Shown here one piece after another: positions 12,676-23,529 of a stretch of 64,000 bases of DNA. This DNA comes from Dipteris shenzhenensis. Its lineage: Eukaryota. The DNA lies in NCBI GenBank assembly GCA_047967505.1, contig CM106538.1; one strand, 5' to 3'. Position 1 is the stretch's first letter; each line of letters starts with the position of its first letter. The position numbers were made by a program, and so were the translations under genes. The notes under the pieces are model-generated. The model was not told the DNA's origin. It saw only the letters and a program-made list of their open reading frames with translations, and ran no database searches.

Positions 12676-13233
12676 CTAGTATTCATACTCACAAAGTAGC
12701 TCATCTCCAAAGGAGATATCCTTTATGGTTTGCACAGTAATGCACCCATGGGCACTCAAATTTCCTTGTGACTTTTGAGCCCAAGGTGGTAGTTTAGGGA
12801 TGTATACAAATATAACATTTGTTCTTTCTTTATAATACATTGAGCTATTTATATATCCAGCAATGTTTCCATACAATACATCTCCCACAATACATTTCAC
12901 ATCTGTCAATGGCTCAATGAATGGATCTTCAAACATTCCATAAGTCTTCATCCTTGGGAAAAACTTGAGGAGAGATCTCCAAGTATTATAATCATACTTT
13001 GGACCATTGTATACCATCAAATCTTGTTTTTTCTTGATGCTCGTATGTACAAAAAGACCATATCCTGCCCCAGGTATTGTTGATTTCTTTACTTCATAAT
13101 GGATGCCATTCATTTCGAACACGTGCTCAATGGGTATGGGCAATTTATGTTTCCATAAGCCATTGGATGTAGGATCAAAATTTGTAATAAGATAGCTCTT
13201 CAACTTTTCAGGACAATCTGCAACACCTATCAT
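12676..13233 (-). CDS. Stand-alone SET-domain protein (putative lysine methyltransferase), transposon cargo
   Basis: SET motifs: KSTIPGAGYGLF, GNIAGYINSS (cf. N.ARFINHS), TIKDISFGDELLCEY. The 5' end and splicing are uncertain. Confidence 0.82.
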   Translation of the reverse strand: MIGVADCPEKLKSYLITNFDPTSNGLWKHKLPIPIEHVFEMNGIHYEVKKSTIPGAGYGLFVHTSIKKKQDLMVYNGPKYDYNTWRSLLKFFPRMKTYGMFEDPFIEPLTDVKCIVGDVLYGNIAGYINSSMYYKERTNVIFVYIPKLPPWAQKSQGNLSAHGCITVQTIKDISFGDELLCEYEY

Positions 13234-13480
13234 ATGTTTAAAATCAAAGAATCATTCTTTTAGTGGAGGAATACAAACTCACATCATAAAGCACATAGCA
13301 TTATTTGGACAAGGTACTAACTCAATGTCTATTAATTCTTTCACAAAACAAATTGAAACATAATGTTTTGAAAATCAAATCTAACCAAATAGTGTCCAAA
13401 TATAAATCAGAATGTAGGTACAAATGTTTTAGTTGAGCATTTGTGTTTGCAACTCTAATTAACAAGATCACTCACATTCC

Positions 13481-14769
13481 CTAAGGGTTGTCTATACAAT
13501 AAAATCGAATCAAGTTGGCTAAGAATGCCCTTGCAGCATCGACAGTGATTCCCCTTTCCTTGCATCCAAGAACCATAGCAAAGCGTTTTGCCTCACTATC
13601 TTTCAATGGCCCCATTTTGGCAATTTTTCCTAGCATGCATTCTTCCTCTTCATTCAATGTAACATGTTGAGCATGCACCATACTTCTTGTAGTAGGACAA
13701 GTCCCTCTCACTCTAGTTTTGGTTATAGGTGAAGTAATACCTTTCTCTGTGTCTTTTTTTGAACTACGAGTAGACATATGAGATTCGACATTCATCCTTT
13801 CGAGAACTTCTTTGTTTTTTTCTTTGAATTCAAGGATCACTGGTTGAAAATAATAGAACATATCATGCCCTTCGACAATCGGAGCTTGACCAAATCTGTT
13901 AGAAGAGATGGCACTGCGCACATCTACTGCATCATCTAGCATCTGTAGGTACGGTAATAACTCATGAAGCAAAATAGAGTCATCACAATCTATATCAAAT
14001 TTTGTAGGGAAAATGCAATTTTCTGCTGGATTAACACAACCCGTGTAAGGCGAAACATCAATGAACACTGTTCTTGCTGGTTTGCATTCCTCTTTAAAAC
14101 AACACCACACTCTCATTAATGGTTTAAACTCTGCTTCCACATTCATCCTATCTGGTCGAATGATTCTACTCTTTGTATGCTTGTGGCATGCCATCACACC
14201 CCAAACCATGAAGAAATGTAACTTTCTGTTAACATGATGCTCCAAAGTGTCCAGCATGTGTTGCACCATGCCCTTTTCTCCTCCAGTGGACCAAATGCCA
14301 ACATGGTAGTGATCGAGCAACCATTGTAGAAACTCTAAACACCCAGGACGGAGAACAAGCCAATGCTTCCCATTGTGCAAGCTCATATGTTTATTTGACT
14401 TTGAAAAACAATGCTCGAGCAATAACCCTTTCAAATCTATTATCACTGCTAGTCTTATTTTTGTTATCACCTCTTTCGACATTATTTTTGAGTGTGACAT
14501 TATGTCTTCTCCTTTACCTTCTAAGATTTCTTCCTACACCTTGGCTTCATACAATGACATTGCATCTTCTCCTTTACCTTCTAAGCTTGCATTCACATTT
14601 GTCAATGGAACATTAACTGCAGACATTGCATCCTCAACATTTTCAATCAACCATGTTGAGCTTGGAACTTGCATGCTAATGTTCAAATTAGGCACATAAT
14701 GAATCATTGGATCAGGTGTCACATGTACAGGCAATGCTTCTAGCGATGTGAAATTGAGATGGCCAATAT
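13481..14769 (-). pseudogene. FCP1/NIF-family HAD phosphatase-like exon (in-frame TAG at 14534-14536), transposon cargo
   Basis: IIDLKGLL, LRPGCLEFL, VGIWST, KPL..VW, TVFIDVSPY...NP..N.IFP. ORFs 14534-14734 and 13481-14500 share a frame. Acceptor tcaacag lies at 14770. Confidence 0.8.
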
Positions 14770-15474
14770 CTGTTGATAAACAAGGAAATGAAATTCATAA
14801 GTAGAAACAAACTGAAGATTGAGATGGAAAACCAAATTGTCAAACTTTAGGTTGTGTGCTCTCAATGCAATTTGTTTGTGTGAAAGCATTCATGTTTTTC
14901 TTTTTCAAAACAAAATTGGAATACTAAAAAAAAGAAAGCATTCATGTTCATATGCTTAGTATACCCCCTAAAGTTGTTGAATCTATACCCTTTCAAGTTA
15001 TTTTAATCCCCAAAATTACATATCCTTACAATGCCAAAAACCTTTGCGTAATAGATAGAGTGGAGTCCAACATTATCTAGCATTGCCCAAGTGTTCCCAC
15101 TAAGAAAATATTTGGCCAAGCGGCCAAAACATATTTGTGCATTCATATGAAGTGAATAAGGATAGAAACAACAATTTACACTAATTCATTCATCACGATC
15201 AAGACTCAACACACTTTTTAACATTTATGAACTCATAAATAAATTTGGATGTGTATCACACTCCGAAGATATTACAACATGCAAACACATCTTTTCATGA
15301 AATATAGAAAATTAAACATATTCAAGAATACATATGAATGTTTGAATTATGGCAATGAGATAGAAGAAATTTCCAAGAAATATTAAAAGATATTTGGAAC
15401 AAAATTAATACATCATATGGAGAATATAGCAAGATAACATATGGAAAACATGAACACCATATAAAAGGACAATT

Positions 15475-18271
15475 TCAAGGACCTGTTGCTTCCTCTTCTG
15501 TTTCCCAAAACTTTGAAGCATGTTTTTGTAAATGCTCACGCTGCTCTTCATTGAAAGGTTGAAGCTCTTTTTGTCCTGGTATGGTATCAATTTCTTTATC
15601 CCCTCCACCTTCAATTGTATCATCTTCTTTTGGCACCCCCTCTATTGCCAATATTGGTTCTTGCAAGCCAGCCCATTGTCGAATTTCATGATTACTGTAA
15701 GCATACGTGCAACATATACTTTCAACCTTTGCCAACTCCTCATAAGTCTCAACAACTGAAACAACACGCCTCTTACAAGAAAGAGACTCTATTGCAGCAA
15801 GCCCCTCAGAGAACAAGTCCAATACATACTCATCTTCTCGACAGAAACCCATGATCATGTCTTTCATGATACTTGAACGTTTTCTTTTCAAGGACAATTC
15901 AATGTCAAATTCATCATCATCATCCTCATCACCTGATTCTTCTGCACCACTTGATTTTTCATATTTTTCATCTGCAACATATATTGATGGCTTACATTGT
16001 GCATTGATATAGCGCTCAATATCATTGAAATGCTTTTCCTTGCTTACCAATACACAGGCAATTAAGCCATCCATAGATCCAGTGACAAATATATCTGCAG
16101 TTTCAAAATTAAGGCAACCGAAGTGTATTTTATATTGTCCGCATGTCTTATTTAATGCATTCTTCAAACATGATACATGGTCCATGGTCAAGAACACCAC
16201 AAGAAGGAATTGCACTGGGGGAGAAGCGATTGTCATCAAGCTTTTCAACAAACACTCAAAGCGATCCTCATTCCAATTTCTACTTCTGCTTAGTCCATAC
16301 ATTACATCCAAAAAGGCAACCCCTATTGCCATTGGCTCTTGGTACACATTATGTATAAATTCCATTCCCTCCATGTTTGAACCGACTGTGTAGAACCTCC
16401 AAGGCCGGGTGAAATTCGGTCCATGACTTGCACCTTCACTTTGTCCCATAATCCACCTCAGATACCCCTTTGCAGCATCAGCAGGCAATGGTGGAGTTTC
16501 CTTGCCCTGTTGAAGCTTCACTTTTAACCATGAGTCAGAGCAACCACGAATCCGATGATACAATTCTGGAGTAATTTTAAAATGTAATCTGCACTCATCC
16601 CAATTTTTTAACATTAAAGAAGGCCGTTCTGCGGATATAAACATATAAAGTTCTTCTTGTAGTGCAGCATCTCTCTTGATCTGCATAGCTCGTCCTTCAA
16701 TATCAAGAATCATGGCATCAGTCTTTGTTTTAGCTATGACTACTCTACCTTCCTTAATGTCATTTTGAATTTGACCAATTTGATCATCACTCAATCCACG
16801 CAAGCATCTAAACATTGACACTGTGGGTTGCCTACGGCATTTTCCATCTTGTGAATATTTGCCTGCAATGTAATCCTCAAGGATGGAGATCCAACCATCA
16901 TAAATGGCATCGCTTGTGATTATCATATGTACATCCTTCGTGGCAAAGCTATTGCCCAATGTTACCTTGCCAGTGTCAATGAAAGCCTGCAAAATATATG
17001 AATCCATTAGAATGCAATAATTATGAAACCGACTTGTAAAAAATGATTCATAATTAAAATCTGTACTTACATCCCAATTCTCATGATCTGGATGTCCTTT
17101 TGCAAGCCCTTGTTGTGCTTTCTTGGGTCTGTTAAAGAGAATCCATTGTCCCCTCACCTGTTTAAGTATATCAATGTATGGAGATTGTCTCAAGATATTT
17201 TGAGACTCCAGGTTTGCCATCTTTGATATCTCCACACAAAAGCGTGCGGGACAATTCACTACAATCCTCGCCTGGCGGGTGCGGTAGTAGTTCTTTCTTT
17301 GGGCCGTGCTATTATCATCATTAGATGTGAATATTTTAGCAGCATATATTGAATGTTGTCCAGAGAGTATCCAGTAGTGGCACTTGGTTAAATCCTTTTT
17401 ATCTACCCTTTCCAGGGGCTGCTTTGTTTCAGGATTGAAAGGCATTAAATCCGCTACAGCAGCAGGAGGCCTAGAGTTATAACCGAAGTCTGCAGCAAGC
17501 TTCTCCACATGCTCTTTGTTCAACCCTCTATATACATAGCTTGGAGGAGCTTTTTGACATCTTGTAACTGGAATTGAAAATGTTGCATGCAACCCGAATG
17601 GGTAGTATTTTTCATATTCCACCAAGCCTGATGGTTTCTTTTGCCCTTTCTTTCCTATGACCTTTCCACTTGGCTCCAATTCACTACCACTGCTTCTTTC
17701 CACAACTGCTAGCATACCCTCTAGAGGTGTTCCTTCTTGTGGTACATCAACTATAGTTAGCTTTCCTTTCTTTGCCCCTTCTCCGCTACCACCTGCTGGT
17801 GCTTGAACCACAGTCGATTTTCCTTTCTTTGTTCCTTCCCCACTATCTTCCCCACTCTTACGCTTCTTTAATGTTGCTGAAACTTTGCGATATGATTCAA
17901 TGATTGTTGTCACTGTGTCAATTTCATTTCCATCAATTGATTCAACACTTATCCAGCCTCTTGAGTGCATGTTATCATCTACATCAGACTTCATACGAGA
18001 TGCTTCATAATCATTGGGATCCAAGAGAAACTTCTTATTTTGATTTATAATGATCAACAATCCAATATCTCCCTCTTTTCCAACCACATCTTCAGTGATT
18101 TGATGTACCGATCCAACACAAGTGTATGCACTTTTATTAGGTAACAAAACAAATAAGTGAACTCGTGTCAACTATGCTCCCTCAATACTATATATGTCAA
18201 AGTACCAAGGTAAGCTTTTTTCTGCAAATCCACTTATAACTTTCTCAACCTTCTTCACATTTGTGTCTTTC
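15475..18271 (-). pseudogene. Large cargo protein: ParB/Srx-like domain plus degenerate beta-class N4C/N6A DNA methyltransferase-like domain
   Basis: ParB-like YRGLNKEHVEKLAADF...YWILSGQHSIYAAK. MTase-like VAFLDVMYG followed by KR..IMKDMIMGFCREDEYVLDLFSEG...KRRVVSVVE. 84-bp in-frame GTAAGT..CAG intron at 16987-17070. In-frame TAG at 18172-18174. Confidence 0.62.
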
Positions 18272-18414
18272 CTGTAAAAAAACCCAAGCGATATACAAAC
18301 TATCATCTTTATAATCTTTAATGTTAGACAAAACACATTATCGATAAACATATCTGAAATAGAATCTAGAATTGACACTAGACATAGTAGTAGATTTGGA
18401 AAGCACCAGATTCT

Positions 18415-18880
18415 AGGGAGATTTGGCCGCACTAGGGAGATTTGGCCGTGCGGCCAAATCTTATGGGCTTCTTTTAAAGCACTGGAAGGAGAGGTTTGGA
18501 TGTGTGGCCAAATCATATGGGCTTCTTTCAAAGCACCAAAGTTTGGGGAGATTTGGCCTTGTGTCCAGATCTTGTGGGCTTCTTCCAAAGCACTAGGGTC
18601 TGGAGAGATTTGGCTGTGCAACCAAATCTTGCTAGCTTCTTTCAAATCAGTTAAATCTTTCTAGCTTCTTTTAAATCACTTGGATTTAGGGAGATTTGGC
18701 CGTGCGGCCAAATCTTGCTAGCTTCTTTCTAATCACGAGGGTCTATGGAGATTTGGCCGTGCAGCCAAATCTTTTCAAAGCACCAGGGTTTGGTGAGATT
18801 TGTGTGTGGTCAAATCTTGCTAGCTTCTTTCTAATCATAAGGGTCTATGGAGATTTGGCCATGCGGCCAATTCTTTTCAA
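18415..18880. repeat. Palindrome array 1 (AGATTTGGCC-N4-GGCCAAATCT, ~57-bp period, ~9 copies)
   Basis: Perfect copies near 18438 and 18692; variants elsewhere. Confidence 0.9.
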
Positions 18881-19164
18881 TGGAACCGTGAGAAGGAGGA
18901 GCAGCAGTGGGAGAGAAGACGACGGAGGGACGAGCATGAGAGTGGACGAGGAGAAGACGAACGGAGGGACGAGAAGATTCGGAGGGATGAGGAGCGGCTC
19001 GAGTGGTGGGAGAAGAGGAACGACGAATCCCGACGAACCGCGAGGAGGAGGAGTGTGGCTAGAGAGGGCGGGAGAAGGGGATCCCCCCAAAAAAAGCATG
19101 TTTTGGGGGGAAGGAGCAATCCACCCAAAAGCATGTAGAGCACACACACACACACCCCCCCCAC

Positions 19165-19195
<31 letters not shown>

Positions 19196-19844
19196 AAAAA
19201 AAAAAAAAAAAGACCTCTTTCTAATCCAACTATTGTGTGTGGAATCTATGGAGAGTTGAATTGGTAATGGAATTTTAAAACCTACATAGTTAAGTACACA
19301 TTGTTAGGACAAAACTGGGATGGGGAGCCTCCCGGGACCTCTCATTTTAACATAGTTTTGAACTTTTTTACTTGCAATTAGCTAAGCAAGGGTGGAGGAG
19401 TGTTTTCCAAGAACTACCCCATCTAAGACGTTGTCCTAAAGCTCTCAAACCACCCTACATACACATTGGAGATCTAGGAAGGGAGAGAACAAGGTGAGCC
19501 TAGCACTTGATCCCCCATGACGACGAATTCAATTCCTTCTCATAGGTTTACTTTTTATGCTTGGTTTAAAAGGTTTGTTTAGCTTTGCCTTTTAAAGTTT
19601 TGGTTTTTTAATAGTTTTAGATTTTCTAGTTTGCTTTATAGTAATAGTATGATTTTAAAGTGTAATAGCGTGAATCATGAAAAGCATGTACGATTTTTTT
19701 GAAAGTAGGATCTCTAGATTTGAATTTCAAAATTTGAAACTTGAAACTTGAAATTTGATTTTTTATTTTAAATTTTGAATTTTGAATTTTGAACTTTAAA
19801 TTTTAAATTTTAAAATCTGGATTTTCAATTTTTAAATTTAACGT

Positions 19845-20626
19845 TTGAAGATTTGTCCATGTGGCCAAATCTTCCTAGTGATTTGAAAGAAGATTTGGCC
19901 ATGTGGCCAAATCTTCCTAGTGATTTCAAAGAAGCTGGCAACATTTGGCAGCACGGCAAAATCTTCCCAAACCCTAATGCTTTGAAAGATTTTGTGGCCA
20001 AATCTCCTAGAACCTGGTGATTTGAAAGAAGCATGCAAGAGGAGGTTGCACGGCCAAAACTCTCCATACCCTAGTGCTTTGAAAGAAGCCTACAAGATTT
20101 GGCCACATGACCAAATCTCCCCAAGTTTGAAAGAACGCCACAAACAAATCTTCTCAGTGCTTTGAAAGAAGTCACCAAGGTCTCGAAGGATTTGGCCGTG
20201 CATCCAAATCTTGCTAGCTTCTTTGAAAGCACCAAGGTCTGAGTAGATTTGGCCGCGTGGCCAAATCTTATTGCTTCTTTCAAAGCAGCTTCTTTCAAAG
20301 CACTACTGTCTTAGGAGATTTGGCCATGTGGCCAAATCTTTTTGGCTCCTTTCAAAGCACCAAGGTCTGCGGAGATTTGACCATGTGGCCAAATCTTGTG
20401 GGCTTCTTTCAAAGCACCAAGGTCTAAGTAGATTTGGATGTGTGGATAAATCTTGATGGCTTCTTGAAAGCACCAGCGTATCGGGAAATTTGTTTGTGTG
20501 GACAAATCTTGCTATCTCCATTTCAAAGCACCATGGTTTGTGAAGATTTGGCCATGTAGCCAAATTTTGCTGCCTAAAATTCAAAGCACCAAGGTTTAGG
20601 AAGATTTGGTCTTGCAATGAAATCTT
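19845..20626. repeat. Palindrome array 2 (same motif, ~14 copies)
   Basis: Perfect copies near 19891, 20245 and 20316; linker gcttctttcaaagcaccaaggtct is shared with array 1. Confidence 0.9.
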
Positions 20627-20687
20627 GTAAAGCATTTTCATCCTAAGTCACACCATCAGATATCAATATTGAACTATAACAAATGCT

Positions 20688-21718
20688 ATGTACTATGCAG
20701 GTGCCACATTCAAAGTGGGGGTTAAAGTCAACTTGCTTGTCAGTGGAAAGATTGTTGCCATTGGGACAATATTCTCTACATCACATGATGACATGTGCCA
20801 AGGTGTGCCCTTGGGAGAAAACAATGTATCAGTGGCGATCGATATTTGTATGGATGAAAGTGCACTTCTTCCATTTCCTACAATGGATGCATTCTTAGTC
20901 TATGAGGCTTTGGGTAGTGTTGTTCGTTGGAAAGCACGATCAATGAGTTGTGTGGACAATGTCAATGGAGCTATTGTACCAATGAATGATATAACATTAG
21001 ATACCATTGACGTTGAACCTCTATGTGAATATGATGAGTTTTCCATTCGAGAATCATGGAAGGACAAGAAAGTCTTAATATGGGATGAGCAGAAAACCAA
21101 GAGCATTGCAGAGGGTGTTGTTTTGTATGTCTACCCATTTGAACCTATAAATTTTGAGATGCTTGGTGAAGGTAATCTAGGTGTGGGAATTGAAAAGTAT
21201 CATAGTGATGTATCAGGCATCGATACCATCCACTTAATAAAATGGCCCATTGCACAAATAACCTTTTTAGATGGAACTTCATTAAGAATCGATGACACCA
21301 TGAATTCTTCAAGTGGTTCTGGGAAAAAGCACATGGAAGATGAGGACCCAATGGAAAAATCCACAAAAAAGAGGCGTTACTGCATGATAAAGAGAAAAGC
21401 TAAAAAACATGGCATGCCATTAGCATCATCTAGACTCACAAGGGATGCAGTCATAAAAGTATCTATGATTGATTGTTGTAAACAAAATTGTTGTCAATTT
21501 GCCGATCGTCAAATGATATCCAAATTACGCATAGAGTATTGGGGCCAAAGTTTGGAGGCTCGCACCAATTATGTATATGACACTCTTGGGGTTGCTTGTC
21601 GAAAAGATGACAATGGGCAGTTCAAATATGTCTTTTCATTGAATGGTATTCAAGTTTGTTGTAGAGCATGGTATGAAATGCATGGTATTCCAAAAACAAC
21701 ATTTTATCGATACAGGGA
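20688..21718 (+). pseudogene. Transposase N-terminal part (Tnp1/En/Spm-like domain(s) and Cys-rich region), interrupted by Gypsy
   Basis: IVAIGTI...GVPLG...VSVAID...ALLPFP...EALGSVVRW; CCKQNC; VCCRAW..MHGI. Joins in frame to 34559. Confidence 0.8.
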
Positions 21719-22989
21719 TGTTGACTCTGTGCCAACATGAACTTATGAAGAAAGAGAAGGTGATACAACTTTGTGATACAACTTTGTGTTACAACTTTGT
21801 GTTACAACTTCTAGACACAACTTTATGTTACGACTTTGTGTAACAACTTTGTGTTACGAGTTTGTCTACATGAAGAGAGAGAATGTGTTACGACTTTGTA
21901 ACACAACTTTGTGACACAACTTTGTGACACAACTTTGTGTTACAACTTTGTGTTACAACTTTGTGTAACAACTTTGTGTAACAACTTTGTGTAACAACTT
22001 TGTGTTACAACTTCTACATGAAGAGAGAGAATGTGTTACGACTTTGTGACACAACTTTGTGTTACAACTTTGTGATACAACTTTGTGTTACAACTTTGTG
22101 ATACGACTTTGTGTTACATGCAGAGAGAGAAGCTCTCCAACTTGTATAAATACCCCATAATGGAATGAAGCCCACACTCTTGGGGCATTGTGTTGAGTCT
22201 ACATTGGTATTCCAAGCATTTGTCTCAAGTGTCCATGCTTCCTTGCACTGCACGTCCAAAAGCATGTCCTAACCTTGCAACCCTTCTCCCCTCTCCTCCA
22301 ACCCTGCAACCCATCCTCTCCCTCTCCTCCTCCCTTCTCCCTCCTACTCCTACTCCTCCTCCTCCCTCCTCCTCCTCCTCCTCCTCCTCCCTCCTCCTTC
22401 TCCTCCTCTCTCCTCCCTCCTCCTCCTCCTCCTCTCTCCTCCCTCTCCCTCCTCCTCTTCCCTCCTCCTCCTTCCTCCTCTCTCTCTTACTTCACCCATG
22501 CTCTTACACCTTCTTCCTCTCCCACTCCTATGCTTTCTTAAACCCTTAAACTCAATGATCTACGAGGGAGACGAGTTCTCCACCATGTACTCTACTCTGA
22601 ACCTTGGATCCTCCTCCTAACCTCGAACTCCTTCTAAACCTTGGAACCTCCTTCTGAACCCTGAAACTCTTTCGAACCCTTGAACTCTTTCTAAACCCTG
22701 GAACCTTCTTCTGAACCCTTAAACTCCTCCTAAACCCTACAACCCCCAATGAAAGCGAAAGCCTTCATTACCCCAACAACAATGGGTTACGTGCCTTTTA
22801 CACATGCTTGCATTATGTTTACTCACCACACTTAAGCCTACGTCTCTCACCGGAACACGACTCGAGGTCCTAAGCTACATATATATTACAACGACAATCC
22901 CAATGTATCTGTAGGTGACAAAAAGCCTCGGAACCCTGCAACATAGAATACCCAGCTCTTCCTACGAAAGCAGTAGGAAAGAGCCAACA
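21719..22989 (+). repeat. Gypsy 5' LTR (1271 bp; contains acaactttgtgtt minisatellite and cct tract)
   Basis: Direct repeat of 33389-34553. Confidence 0.97.
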
Positions 22990-22991
22990 TT

Positions 22992-23009
22992 TGGCGCCGT
23001 TGCCGGGGA
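22992..23009 (+). promoter_or_regulatory. Primer-binding site, Athila-type (tRNA-Asp related)
   Basis: tggcgccgttgccgggga immediately after the LTR. Confidence 0.85.
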
Positions 23010-23529
23010 GACTAGCGTCTCAAGTAGCGACGAGTAAACATGCGTAGGTAGGTATAAAAGCCACATGATGTACAATTAGGCTAGGTAGTGAACACGGTTG
23101 CGTAGAGCTTTCAATTACGATCATTTTACCTTTTTACAGAAAGGCAGACCGAGCTCTCCATAAAGAGTTATGGCTCGGGAAGAGTTTAGGGTTAAACCCT
23201 AAACCTAAACCCTAAACCTAAAATCCAAACCTATAAAAACCTACTCCACCCCCCCCTCACTCTTCATCTCACACTTTTTGCCTCCATTCTCTTCCTCCTT
23301 CCGAGCCCCACGCAAGACACTCCTCCCTCTCCATCGACCGCCCCCTTACTCCTATCCTCGCCATGTAAGTAACATCGAGCCCTTCTCGCAGCAATGACCT
23401 AGCCTTCCACCCACCGTCCATTGTTCCGCGACAATCCCGTTCCATCGAGAAAGACTTGGAAAGCGTCAGGTAACCACTTCGCCTTGCTTTTCAATTTTCG
23501 TCTTTCAGTTTTTTTTGTTGCTCTTTTAC

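Noticed and set aside
18415-20626. CRISPR array (regularly spaced palindromic repeats)
   Set aside because: The linkers are homologous to each other rather than unique spacers, the repeats are degenerate, there are no cas genes, and the context is eukaryotic.
18172-20641. Short repetitive ORFs (KEAHKIWPHGQIS-type)
   Set aside because: These are translations of the palindrome arrays; only 18172-18271 appears to be true exon.
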